From an uncultured delta proteobacterium (GTDB lineage Bacteria > Desulfobacterota > Binatia > HRBIN30 > BPIQ01), in the NCBI GenBank assembly GCA_963761335.1, contig CAVXGR010000005.1, positions 320,001 through 384,000 on the forward strand: DNA of 64,000 nt, given 5' to 3'. Below are positions 1-10,548 of the stretch, piece after piece. The number at the start of each line of letters is the position of its first letter. Position 1 is the stretch's first letter. The notes under the pieces were generated by a model. That model ran no database searches, was not told where the DNA came from, and saw only the letters and a list, made by a program, of their open reading frames with translations. Made by a program: the position numbers and the translations under genes.

Positions 1-287
1 AGCTGCAGCTCGGCGGGGCCGCCCTCGTCGCGGGTCAGGTTCAAATTGCCGTAGCCGCCGAGGGTGAGCCCCGTGTCGCCGAGTTGCAGGCCGCGCCCGG
101 GCGTGTAGAGTAGCGGCCCGAACGGGGAAGGGGCCGGGCAGGAGAAGCCTTCCGGCGCTCCGGCGCGTTCGCCCTGCGGCGCGCCAGAGGCCGGGAATCC
201 ACAGAAAAAGAGCGTGGCGGCGGTGAGAAGGACGGCCGCCCGAATGCGAGGCCGGCGGCCGCTGTGGCGGTGGCGGATCTTTTGCAT
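1..287 (-). CDS. Partial (runs off window start) secreted protein, probable outer-membrane beta-barrel/porin
   Basis: Not in the ORF track. Manual translation from ATG 287 gives MQKIRHRHSGRRPRIRAAVLLTAATLFFCGFPASGAP...LLYTPGRGLQLGDTGLTLGGYGNLNLTRDEGGPAELQ, open to the edge. Signal-peptide-like N-terminus followed by a Gly/aromatic beta-strand pattern. Confidence 0.6.
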   Translation of the reverse strand, partial: MQKIRHRHSGRRPRIRAAVLLTAATLFFCGFPASGAPQGERAGAPEGFSCPAPSPFGPLLYTPGRGLQLGDTGLTLGGYGNLNLTRDEGGPAELQ

Positions 288-311
288 TTGGGACGGCGGG
301 CGTTCCACTAG

Positions 312-328
312 TGCAATTCCGCCGCCAG
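312..328 (-). promoter_or_regulatory. sigma54 -24/-12 promoter for the porin-like gene
   Basis: Minus strand reads CTGGCGGCGGAATTGCA (GG-N10-GC with TTGC), about 25 nt upstream of ATG 287. Confidence 0.55.
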
Positions 329-448
329 GGAAAGAGATGAGCCTTCGCATGCCTACTCGCATCAATCGCTGGGCCGGTTTTCCCGTGTCTGCCTCGGCGT
401 TCCCGGCGCCGGGGATCTGACCGGAGTCGTTTGGCGTTCCTTCCTCTC

Positions 449-2220
449 ATGCGATCGCTGCGCGCCAAGCTCATTCTATTCTCGGTGCTGCTGGTGCTCG
501 TGCCGGGTCTGGTCTTCGCCTTCATGGCGATCGCCTCGGTGCGCCGCGCTCTGGAGTACAGTGTCGGCCGCCAGCTGGCGGAGGTCGCTCACGACACCGC
601 GGCGGAGATGTCGGAGATGCTGGGGCGCGAGCAGAGGAACATCGGGACCTGGGCGCGGCAGGGCGTCATGCGCGAGATCGCCATCGGCGATCTCGACAAG
701 CAGATCTCGCGATTTCTCCTCTCTCTGAAGGAGAGCGACGCCTACCTCGACCTCCTGTGCACCGACGCCTCCGGGCGCGTCGTCGCTTCCAGCAATGCGA
801 CCCTGCTCGGAGCCAGCTTCGCGGGCGCGCCCTGGGCGTCGTCCTCGCTGGCGGGCCGCTCCCATCTCGCCGGGCCGGTGGACTGGCCCGGATACCCGGA
901 CAAGGTCCTGGAGATCGCCGTGCCGATCTACGATCCCGATCACGGCGGCTCGGTCATCGGCGCCCTTCTCGGCCTCTACGACTGGCGACGGGGCACGGCC
1001 TTCACCTCGCGCATTCAGAGGAACTCGGCGGTGCTCGATCTGCGCGTGGATGTTCTGGTCATCGACGACGGTGGCAGAGTGATCGCTGCGGCGCCGACTT
1101 CCGGAGATCGGGACCTGCTCGGCCGCGACCTGCGCGCCGCCGGCTGGGTGTCGGCGCAGCCACAGCCTCCGGCACCGCGACGCGGCTATCTGCGCGAGCC
1201 GAGAGCCGACGTGCTTCTCGGCTTTGCCGGTCTGCCTCTGGGGCGACCGCAGTGGACGACTCTGGTGACGCAGCCGGTGAACGAGGCCTTCGCTCCGGTG
1301 TATCGGCTCCAACGCCGGCTGCTGCTCGTGCTCGGCGGCGTCTTCATGGCCGCCGTCGGCGTCGCCGTTCTGCTCTCCGATCGCATGAGCCGACCATTGC
1401 GGGCCCTTATCGCCGCCACGCGCGAGATGGCGCGCACCGGGGCGGCACGGACGGTGTCGGCGCGCTCGCACGACGAGATCGGCGAGCTGGCCCGCGCCTT
1501 CAACCAGATGACGGCGCGCCTGAAGCAGGCCCAGGAAGAGCTGGTTGGTGCCGCCAAGTTCGCTTTCGTCGGCGAGGTGGCGGCGGGTGTGGCGCACGAG
1601 GTGCGCACTCCGCTGAGCATCATGCGCAGCTCGGCGCAGCTCCTCGGCCGGGCGCTGCCGCCGGACCAACCGCAGAGCGCCGAGCTCATCGAGATGATCG
1701 TCGGCGAGACGGACCGCCTGGAGCGCGTCGTTGCCCGCCTGCTGGAGCTGGCGCGACCGCAGCCGCCGGCGATCGAGCCCACCTCTCTTGCCGCGGTCCT
1801 CGAGCGCGCCGCCGAGTTCGCCGAGGCACAGGCGTGCAAGCAGGGCGTGCGCATCCACCGGCGCACCGCGGGCGCGCCGGCGGCGCTCTGCGATCCCCGG
1901 CAGATCTATCAGGTGGCCCTCAATCTGGTGGTCAACGCCCTTCAGGCGATGCCCTCGGGAGGCGAAATCACCCTGCGTGCTTACGCCGGGCCTCTGGGGC
2001 GGGTCGGCTTCGAGGTGCGCGACAACGGCCCGGGGATTTCCCCCGAGGTGCGGGAGCGAATCTTCACGCCGTTCTTCACCTCGCGCGAGGGCGGCACCGG
2101 TCTCGGCCTGGCCTTGGTGCAGCGCATGGTGCAGGCGCAGCACGGCACGGTCACCGTGAGCAGCGAGCTCGGCATCGGCAGCATCTTCCGCGTCGATCTG
2201 CCGGCCGCGGAGGAGGCGAC

Positions 2221-2224
<4 letters not shown>
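449..2224 (+). CDS. Two-component sensor histidine kinase (Cache-like periplasmic domain, HAMP, HisKA, HATPase)
   Basis: Two TM segments, HAMP (DEIGELARAFNQM), H-box AHEVRTPL, N-box NLVVNA, G-boxes DNGPG and GTGLGL. An alternative TTG start lies at 431. Confidence 0.93.
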
Positions 2225-3573
<1,349 letters not shown>

Positions 3574-3604
3574 GGGGGATGGGTGTTGAGGTGTTGTAAG
3601 TTCC

Positions 3605-3804
3605 GCGCCCCGGCAGGGGGCGGGCATGTAGCCCCGGGTGAAAGAGGTTGTCTCAAAACCGGAGTAGAAGCGCCGTCCCGGCGCTTTCCGAAGCGGCGAG
3701 ACGCCGCTTCTACTTGGCCCGCGAGCCGGCGGGAATCGTCTTGAAGGCGTTTTGAAATAACCTCTTTCACCCGGGGCTACATGCCTGCGCCCCTACCGGG
3801 GCGC
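3605..3804. repeat. Composite palindrome: two inverted family-A REP arms (GCCCCGG..GGGGCG..GGCATGTAGCCCCGGGTG) enclosing a 123 bp MITE
   Basis: 3605-3642 is the near reverse complement of 3766-3804. Confidence 0.85.
3643..3765. mobile_element. 123 bp MITE with terminal inverted repeats AGAGGYTGTCTCAAAAC / GTTTTGARAYARCCYCT and an internal GTAG REP doublet (family B)
   Basis: Same length and sequence, inverted, as 53141-53263; TIRs visible at both ends. Confidence 0.7.
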
Positions 3805-3830
3805 GGGAAGAGATCAACGCGGCGATCGCC

Positions 3831-3876
3831 TGCAATCTCTTGCGGCGGTCGGGCCATGACCCCGCAATGCGCTGCA
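3831..3876 (+). promoter_or_regulatory. Candidate tandem enhancer (UAS) sites for a sigma54 activator
   Basis: Two imperfect 14 bp palindromes, TGCAATCTCTTGCG (3831) and CGCAATGCGCTGCA (3863), 32 bp apart and upstream of the -24 box. Confidence 0.45.
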
Positions 3877-3940
3877 GGGATTTCCCTTTGACGCGGTTGC
3901 GTCGATCGGACTTCTGGCGCGCTGCAATGCGCGTCCGGGC

Positions 3941-3957
3941 TTGGCAGAGCTCTTGCG
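3941..3957 (+). promoter_or_regulatory. sigma54 -24/-12 promoter for the multiheme cytochrome gene
   Basis: TTGGCAGAGCTCTTGCG fits TGGCA-N6-TTGC with exact GG-N10-GC spacing. Confidence 0.7.
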
Positions 3958-4058
3958 TAAGAACCTCGACGTGGCGTCGCTCGGCGGCCACGGGCCGTAC
4001 TCCTTCCCACGAGCAAACGTCCTTCAGCGTACGATTGGGTCCGAATCGAGGAGCACAG

Positions 4059-6422
4059 ATGTCTGCAGCGCATGACAATCGCGAACGGCGCCGCCTGCGC
4101 GCCTCCCTCGTTCTCCTTCTGGCGATGACCGTGTTGGCGTCCGCCGCCGACGCCGCTCAGTGGACCATCGTCGGCTGGAACAACCTCGGAATGCACTGCA
4201 TGGACGGAGACTACTCGGTCCTCTCGCTGCTGCCGCCGTACAGTACCATCCACGCGCAGGTGGTGGATGCGCAGGGGCGGCGCGTGACTGACCCGGCCGC
4301 GGCCGGAATCTCGGTCACCTACGAAGCCATCGCCGACCCGGACGGCTCCATCAACACGACCTCGGCGGGGAAGACCAACTTCTGGGACCACGTCCAGGCG
4401 CTGTTCGGCGTCTCCCTTCCCGTCGATGTCGGGCTCATCGGCCCGGCCATGCCGGGCGCCGCCAACCTTCCCCAGCCGATGACGTACGACACGGCCTCCG
4501 GCTGGTTCATCGCCGAGGGTATCCCGCTCACCCCGTACGACGACTCCGGGAGGAAGAACACCTATCCGATGATGCGCCTGTCGGTGCGCGACAGCCGCGG
4601 CGCCGTGATGGCGACCACCGACATCGTCCTGCCGGTTTCGGACGAGATGGACTGCAGCGGCTGTCACTCGTCGAGCTCGGGCCCGGCGGCGCGGCCGTAC
4701 GAGGGGTGGGTCAACGACCCGGATCCGCAGCGCGACATGCGCCTCAACATTCTGCGGCTGCACGACGAGCGGGAGCAGAGCAACCCGGCCTTTCAGGCGG
4801 CTCTGGACCCGGCGAAGTACAATCCCGCCGGACTGTTCGCCACCGTGATGCAGGACAAGCGCTCGATCCTCTGCGCCGACTGCCACCTCTCTGAGGCGCT
4901 TCCCGGCAGCGGCCGTCCCGGCGTGTCGCCGTTGACCCAGGCAATCCACCGGCGGATGGCGTTCACCATCGATCCGCTGACCAACCTGCCGCTCGACGCC
5001 ACCGAGAACCGCTCCGCCTGTTATCGCTGCCACCCGGGATCGGAGACGCGCTGCCTGCGCGGCGCCATGGGCGCCGCCGTCGCCGCCGACGGCACCCTGG
5101 CGATGCAGTGCCAGAGCTGCCACGGCTCGATGATGCAGGTGGCGTCCCCGAGCCGTACCGGCTGGCTGGACGAGCCGTCGTGCGAGAACTGCCACACCGG
5201 CACGGCGACCCGCAACAATGGTGAGATCCGCTACCTCTCCGCGTTCGATACGGGCGGCGTTCGCCGTGTCGCCGCGGACCGCACCTTCGCCACCAACGCC
5301 GACACTCCCGGCCCGGGCTTCTCGCTCTTCCGCTTCTCCGCCGGCCACGGCGGCCTCAAATGCGAGGCCTGCCACGGCTCCACCCACGCCATCTTTCCGA
5401 GCATCCACGCCAACGACAACGTCCAGAGTCAGGAGATCCAGGGACACGTCGGCGTGCTCGCCGAGTGCACCTCCTGTCACGCCAGCGTGCCGAGCACGGT
5501 CAATGGCGGGCCGCACGGCCTGCACCCGCTCGGCCAGGCCTGGGTGCAGCGCCACGGCGACGCCGCCGAGGGCAGCCGCACGCAGTGCCAGAGCTGCCAC
5601 GGTGCCGATTATCGCGGCACGGTGCTGTCGCGTTCGCAGGCGGATCGAACCCTGTCGACGGCGTTCGGCACGAAGAGCTTCTGGCGCGGCTTCCAGGTCG
5701 GATGCTACGCCTGTCACAACGGCCCGAACAGCGAGCAGCGCAACCCGAATCGACCCGCCGTGGTCAGCGACGCCTCCGTCGGGACGACGGTCGACGTGGC
5801 GGTGACCGTGAGCTTGATGGCCAGCGATGCCGACGGCAACAGTCTCACGCTGCGCGTCGTCAACCAACCGCAGCACGGTGCCGTCGGCTTGGTGGGCGCG
5901 CAGGCGACCTACTATCCGGAGAAGGGATTCAGCGGTAGCGACTCGTTCCGCTTCGCCGCCTGGGACGGCTCCATCGACTCGAACCTCGGCACTGTGTTCG
6001 TCACCGTCGGCGGCGTCGCCGCATCGCCGACGGCGACGCGTACCTCGCTGCCGGCGACCGGCGCGCCGACGTCGACGAGGACGCGCACGCCGACCCCGAC
6101 GCGCGCCGCAACGTCGGTCCGCACCCCGACCCGCACCCCGACCCGCACCGCAACGCCGGTGCGCACCCCGACTCGCACGCTCACGCCGGCGCGCACCCGC
6201 ACGCCGACGATCGCGCGCATGCCGACCCGTTCGATGACGGCGACGCGCACGCGCACGCCGGCGGCCACGCGCACCCCGACGCGGCGCCCGCGCCCGACGC
6301 GCATCCGCACCTCGACGCCAACTCCGCGCCGGGGAGAAGCGGAGGGCGAGGACCGCGCCGCAGCGCCGGCCGACAACCCGCAGTCGTGGCGCTGGCGCAT
6401 CTGGTCGCGCCTGCGGCGGTGA
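4059..6422 (+). CDS. Secreted multiheme c-type cytochrome (9 CxxCH) with an Ig-like domain and a Thr/Pro/Arg-rich tail
   Basis: RBS GAGGAG before ATG 4059; signal peptide; CSGCH, CADCH, CYRCH, CQSCH, CENCH, CEACH, CTSCH, CQSCH, CYACH; DADGNSLT..QPQHG..GSDSF Ig-like repeat; TPTR repeats. Confidence 0.9.
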   Translation: MSAAHDNRERRRLRASLVLLLAMTVLASAADAAQWTIVGWNNLGMHCMDGDYSVLSLLPPYSTIHAQVVDAQGRRVTDPAAAGISVTYEAIADPDGSINTTSAGKTNFWDHVQALFGVSLPVDVGLIGPAMPGAANLPQPMTYDTASGWFIAEGIPLTPYDDSGRKNTYPMMRLSVRDSRGAVMATTDIVLPVSDEMDCSGCHSSSSGPAARPYEGWVNDPDPQRDMRLNILRLHDEREQSNPAFQAALDPAKYNPAGLFATVMQDKRSILCADCHLSEALPGSGRPGVSPLTQAIHRRMAFTIDPLTNLPLDATENRSACYRCHPGSETRCLRGAMGAAVAADGTLAMQCQSCHGSMMQVASPSRTGWLDEPSCENCHTGTATRNNGEIRYLSAFDTGGVRRVAADRTFATNADTPGPGFSLFRFSAGHGGLKCEACHGSTHAIFPSIHANDNVQSQEIQGHVGVLAECTSCHASVPSTVNGGPHGLHPLGQAWVQRHGDAAEGSRTQCQSCHGADYRGTVLSRSQADRTLSTAFGTKSFWRGFQVGCYACHNGPNSEQRNPNRPAVVSDASVGTTVDVAVTVSLMASDADGNSLTLRVVNQPQHGAVGLVGAQATYYPEKGFSGSDSFRFAAWDGSIDSNLGTVFVTVGGVAASPTATRTSLPATGAPTSTRTRTPTPTRAATSVRTPTRTPTRTATPVRTPTRTLTPARTRTPTIARMPTRSMTATRTRTPAATRTPTRRPRPTRIRTSTPTPRRGEAEGEDRAAAPADNPQSWRWRIWSRLRR

Positions 6423-6530
6423 TGGCTGCGCGGGTTGGCGCGAGTGAACAACGTCGGTTGAACGTTGTGCGCCCCTCGACCCTTCGACATGTCAGCCGTG
6501 ATGAAAGCGCGCGACGTCGCCCGGGGTTTC

Positions 6531-7228
6531 AGAGGCTGTCTCAAGACCTGGGCAAGACGATTCCGCCGGCCCGCGAGCCAAGGGTAGAAGCGGCGTCTCG
6601 CCGCTTCGGGAAGCGCCGGGACGGCGCTTCTACCTTGGCAAGATGATTCCGCCGGCCCGCGAGTCAAGGTAGAAGCGGCGTCTCGCCGCTTCGGGAAGCG
6701 CCGGGACGGCGCTTCTACCTGGCAAGACGATTCCGCCGGCCCGCGAGCCAAGGGTAGAAGCGGCGTCTCGCCGCTTCGGGAAGCGCCGGGACGGCGCTTC
6801 TACCTTGGCAAGATGATTCCGCCGGCCCGCGAGTCAAGGTAGAAGCGGCGTCTCGCCGCTTCGGGAAGCGCCGGGACGGCGCTTCTCCTTGGCAAGATGA
6901 TTCCGCCGGCCCGCGAGTCAAGGTAGAAGCGGCGTCTCGCCGCTTCGGGAAGCGCCGGGACGGCGCTTCTACCTGGGCAAGATGATTCCGCCGGCCCGCG
7001 AGTCAAGGTAGAAGCGGCGTCTCGCCGCTTCGGGAAGCGCCGGGACGGCGCTTCTACCTGGGCAAGACGATTCCGCCGGCCCGCGAGTCAAGGTAGAAGC
7101 GGCGTCTCGCCGCTTCGGGAAGCGCCGGGACGGCGCTTCTACCTGGGCAAGATGATTCTGCCGGCCCGCGAGCCAAGGGTAGAAGCGGCGTCTCGCCGCT
7201 TCGGAAAGCGCCGGGACGGCGCTTCTAC
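6531..7228. repeat. One MITE TIR followed by a tandem array of 8 x ~85 bp units, each carrying the family-B GTAG REP doublet
   Basis: Units start at about 6551, 6637, 6721, 6807, 6891, 6976, 7061 and 7146. Each contains GTAGAAGCGGCGTCTCGCCGCTT-CGGG-AAGCGCCGGGACGGCGCTTCTAC. AGAGGCTGTCTCAAGACC lies at 6531. Confidence 0.93.
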
Positions 7229-7261
7229 TCGACCGAAACCCGCCAACCCGCACCAGCGCCT

Positions 7262-7798
7262 CTAGCCCGCCGTCAGCTTGCGAACGATCTCTTCGACGGC
7301 GCCGTCGGCGATGGCGATCATCTCGTCATCGGTGCGGTCCTGGATGGGATGCTCGACATAGACGGCGGCGGCCTCGGCGCCGAGGGCGCGCGCCTGGTGC
7401 TCAGCCCCGTCGGTGAAGGCGACGGTGGCCACGAAGACGCCGGGGATGCCGCGCGCCTCCAGGTCGACGATGTCGTGCACACTGCACGACGTGCAGCTCC
7501 CTCAGTCGGCGAGTGCCTCGATGACCGCGTTGCAGCTGGCGGCGATCTCCTGGCGCAGGTCGACCGGTGCCGGCTTGGTGAAGGTCGGCTTGCGAAAGCG
7601 CTTCACCTCGACGCCGCGCTGGCGCAGATGCCCCTCGAGGCGATCGAGGAAGACGTCGCCGCGCGGCTTGGAGATGTCCAGCATGGCGACCGTCATCCCC
7701 TGCAGGGTCTGCGGCCGTGGCACGTGGCGCCGCTCTCCCGCGTCGCGTTCCCCGGTGGGATCGAGAAGCACCCGCTCGCTCTTCTCTGCTGCGCTCAT
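7262..7798 (-). CDS. UGSC-family selenoprotein (thioredoxin-like); in-frame TGA at 7502-7504 read as Sec
   Basis: Track ORFs 7502..7798 and 7262..7480 are in the same frame: ...EALAD-TGA-GSCTSCSVHDIVDLEARGIP..., giving the U-G-S-C motif. Confidence 0.85.
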
Positions 7799-9258
7799 GG
7801 TCTGACCTCCCTCATCACCGGCTGGCTGCCGATCTCGCCGTTCACCCAGCCGCCGATCATGGCAGAAAACAACCCCGCGGCGCCACCGCAGTGAACGATG
7901 AGCAGGCCACCCGGCCGAAACTTCGGCAGGGTGGCGCCGCCAAACTGCTCCGGCACTCCCTCGGCGATCTCGCCGGCGCCGCGCACCAGCTCGCTAGCGG
8001 GGATTTGCAGCAGCTCATACAGCCGGGCCGCCAGCTGAGCCTTGTCCCAACCCGCCTCCGCAAAGACGCGGGCGTGATCGGGACTGACGGCGAGGATGCA
8101 GTCGAAGGCCATCACCAGCTTGGGGTGGTGCAGGCTGCGCAGGTTCACCGCGAACGAGCGCGCCAGAGACTCCGGATCGCGCGACAGCTGGTCGACGATG
8201 CTGCGCGGCCCTTCTCCGGGAAAGAGAGTCACTGTGCTGGTTCCCGGTGCGGCTCCCAGGTCCGCCGAGAGCGGCTGCCAGGGCGAGCCTTCCTCGTCCT
8301 CGGCGAAGCAGAAGCCGATCTTTCCCGGATTGCCGAAGGTGGCGCGATCGACCTCGCCGGGGCGGCCGCCGCCGACGTTTCTGACCACCAGCTGCAGGGC
8401 GCGGCCGATGCTGCTGTTGGCGCGGTTTCCCTGGCCGAAGACGTTGATGCCGGCGTTCATTGCCAGGCGGCGTCGGATCGGACCGTTGACGACGATGACC
8501 GGGCCCACGGGCATGGTGGTCGCCAGCAGGCCGTGCATGTTGAACTCCGGCGTGCACGCCGCCTCCACCGCGGCGAGCACCACCGGCAGGTGCTCGGGGA
8601 GGCAGCCGGCCATGACGGCGTTGATCGCCACCTTCTCCACCGTGCACTCGACCAGATCGGGAGGAACGACGGCGACCACTTCGTGTGCCCGTCGCGCCGT
8701 GCCTTCGAGCATGGTGAGGACGCGCTTCTCCGTGGGCGGCACCACCGGCAGGCCGTCGCTCCAACCGCGCGCGTACGCCGCCTCGATATCGTCTTCCAAG
8801 GGCGCCAGCTCGACGCGGCGAGCCCGCAGGACAGAGCGCCGGAAGCGCAGGCGCAAGTCCGGCAGCAGGTCGGGATCGACGCTGCGCGAGCCGCAGCCGG
8901 GACGCCACTCCGGAAGGCCCGCCCCCAGCGGCGCGATGCCGGTGATCTCCTCCCACTCCCCGCGGTGCCAACCGACGGCTCGCGCTTGCTCACGTCCATC
9001 TGCGGCGCGCAGCAGCGTCGGCACGGTCTCGATGCGGCGATGCCACGACATCTCCAGCTCGGTGTCGTCGCGCACCGCCACGCCGTGCGGGAAGGTCGGA
9101 TCGTCCTGCGAGTAGACAGTGAGGTCGAGCCGCTTTGCCAGCTCCGCCAGCACCGGTGCCACCAGCACGCACGTCGGGCACTCGCGCTTGACGAAGGCGA
9201 CGAAGGCGGAGGGCAGGGGCGGGGGCTGCGGCTCGCTCATAGGCTCCAAGAATTCCAC
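7795..9258 (-). CDS. Thioredoxin-like (CPTC) domain fused to the conserved WSDGLPVVPPT domain that typically partners UGSC proteins
   Basis: N-terminal KRECPTC, RPGCGS, GWSDGLPVVPPT, KVAINAVMAGC, GNRANSSIGRA; stop overlaps the start of the UGSC gene. Alternative ATG at 9240. Confidence 0.8.
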   Translation of the reverse strand: MEFLEPMSEPQPPPLPSAFVAFVKRECPTCVLVAPVLAELAKRLDLTVYSQDDPTFPHGVAVRDDTELEMSWHRRIETVPTLLRAADGREQARAVGWHRGEWEEITGIAPLGAGLPEWRPGCGSRSVDPDLLPDLRLRFRRSVLRARRVELAPLEDDIEAAYARGWSDGLPVVPPTEKRVLTMLEGTARRAHEVVAVVPPDLVECTVEKVAINAVMAGCLPEHLPVVLAAVEAACTPEFNMHGLLATTMPVGPVIVVNGPIRRRLAMNAGINVFGQGNRANSSIGRALQLVVRNVGGGRPGEVDRATFGNPGKIGFCFAEDEEGSPWQPLSADLGAAPGTSTVTLFPGEGPRSIVDQLSRDPESLARSFAVNLRSLHHPKLVMAFDCILAVSPDHARVFAEAGWDKAQLAARLYELLQIPASELVRGAGEIAEGVPEQFGGATLPKFRPGGLLIVHCGGAAGLFSAMIGGWVNGEIGSQPVMREVRP

Positions 9259-9300
9259 ATTCGCGGGCCCCCGCGCCAGCCCGGGCTGAGCAGCTCGGAG

Positions 9301-9726
9301 TAGTGGTGGATCTTGAGATCAACTGCGTTTCGTTTCAAAATCCCCTTACCGATCAAAATCCCCCACGACCCAACTTGGGCGGGGGGATCGCGCCGCGGAG
9401 CGGCGCAGGCATGTAGCCCCGGGTCGGAGACCCGGGGATCCCGGGTCCGCCTTCCCCGAAGCGGCCCGCCGGGGGCGCAGGCGTGCAAGCCCGGGTGCAG
9501 AGACCTGTGTCAAAATCGCGCCCGCGCCCCTGGCGGGGCGCCAACGGACGTCGACTTCGGGATCCCCGGGTCAGAGCCCCGGGGCTACACGCCTGCGCCC
9601 CTCCGGGGCGAATGATCTCCGCGCTCCCGGCCACAGATGCAACCTGGGGAAGTCGGGTTCGACTCAACGAAGCGGGGGTTGTGGTGGATCGAAGTTTACC
9701 GCGTTTCATTTCAAAATCCCCCACTA
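9301..9726. mobile_element. 426 bp MITE-like element with TA-terminated TIRs and internal family-A REP hairpins
   Basis: TAGTGGTGGATCTTGAGAT (9301-9319) versus ATTTCAAAATCCCCCACTA (9708-9726): 16/19 inverted match. No ORF of note. Confidence 0.55.
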
Positions 9727-9783
9727 CCCCGCTCGGGATGGGCTTGACGCGAGCGGCGCCCGGCCGCTATTCGCTCGAGCTGG

Positions 9784-10536
9784 ATGACGGCGAAGACGAT
9801 GCAGGGTGGAGTCGCGGTGCTGGTCGGGCTGCTCGCGGCCGCAGTGGCCGCGGCCGCGGTGAGCTTTCCCGAGAAACCGCCCGCGGATCATTTCTATCGC
9901 GACGAGGCGGGGCTGATCCATGAGGCCGAAGGCCGCGAGATCGACCGCATCGCCGGCGAGCTTCTGAAAGAGCAGCAGATCCCCATCGTCGTGGTGACCA
10001 TCGACTCGCTGGCGGCGCACGGGGCGGCGGGGTACACGATCGAGCGCTACGCCGCCGAGCTGTTCGACCACTGGGGCATCGGCTCACAGCGGCGCAACTA
10101 CGGCATGCTGCTGCTGGTGTCGCGCGGCGACCGCCGCGCCCGCATCGAGCTCGGTACCGCCTGGGGGCACGCGACCGACCTCCAGGCGCAGCAGGTGATG
10201 AACACTCTCATCGTCCCGGAGTTCCGCAACGGAAACTACTCGGAGGGCATTCTCGCCGGCGTGCGCGGCATGGATGCCATGGCGCGCGGCCTGCAATTGC
10301 CGCGGCCGAAGCAGCCGTGGTGGGCGCTGCCGCTGTTGATCGCTCTCATCGCGCTGGTCGTGGGCGTGATCGTCTCGCTGTTCAAGAGCGGCCGGACGGG
10401 ATGGGGCTGGGCGCTGATCATCGCCCTTGGAGCGCTGCTCTTCTTTCTGCTGCGCGCCGCGGCGAGGAGTGGTGGCAGCGGCGGCGCCTTCGGCGGTGGC
10501 TCTTCCGGAGGCGGTGGCGCCTCGGGCTCGTGGTGA
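9784..10536 (+). CDS. TPM (DUF477) domain membrane protein with Gly-rich tail
   Basis: Signal peptide; DEAGLI, IERYAAELFDHWGIG, GMLLLVSRGDRRARIELG; TM helices; GGGSSGGGGASGSW C-terminus. Confidence 0.9.
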   Translation: MTAKTMQGGVAVLVGLLAAAVAAAAVSFPEKPPADHFYRDEAGLIHEAEGREIDRIAGELLKEQQIPIVVVTIDSLAAHGAAGYTIERYAAELFDHWGIGSQRRNYGMLLLVSRGDRRARIELGTAWGHATDLQAQQVMNTLIVPEFRNGNYSEGILAGVRGMDAMARGLQLPRPKQPWWALPLLIALIALVVGVIVSLFKSGRTGWGWALIIALGALLFFLLRAAARSGGSGGAFGGGSSGGGGASGSW

Positions 10537-10548
10537 GGAGGTGACGAG

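Noticed and set aside
757..2220. N-terminal extension of the 938 aa track ORF
   Set aside because: Shadow frame over the kinase gene; the regulator begins at ATG 2221.
6551..7228. CRISPR array
   Set aside because: The would-be spacers are near-identical, the unit recurs as a dispersed REP/MITE elsewhere in the window, and no cas genes are present.
7262..7798. Two separate small genes or a nonsense pseudogene
   Set aside because: Same reading frame, with the TGA exactly at the U of a UGSC motif and a downstream hairpin.
9655..9665. tRNA T-loop-like GGGTTCGACTC
   Set aside because: No complete T-stem, acceptor stem or cloverleaf; it lies inside a repeat element.
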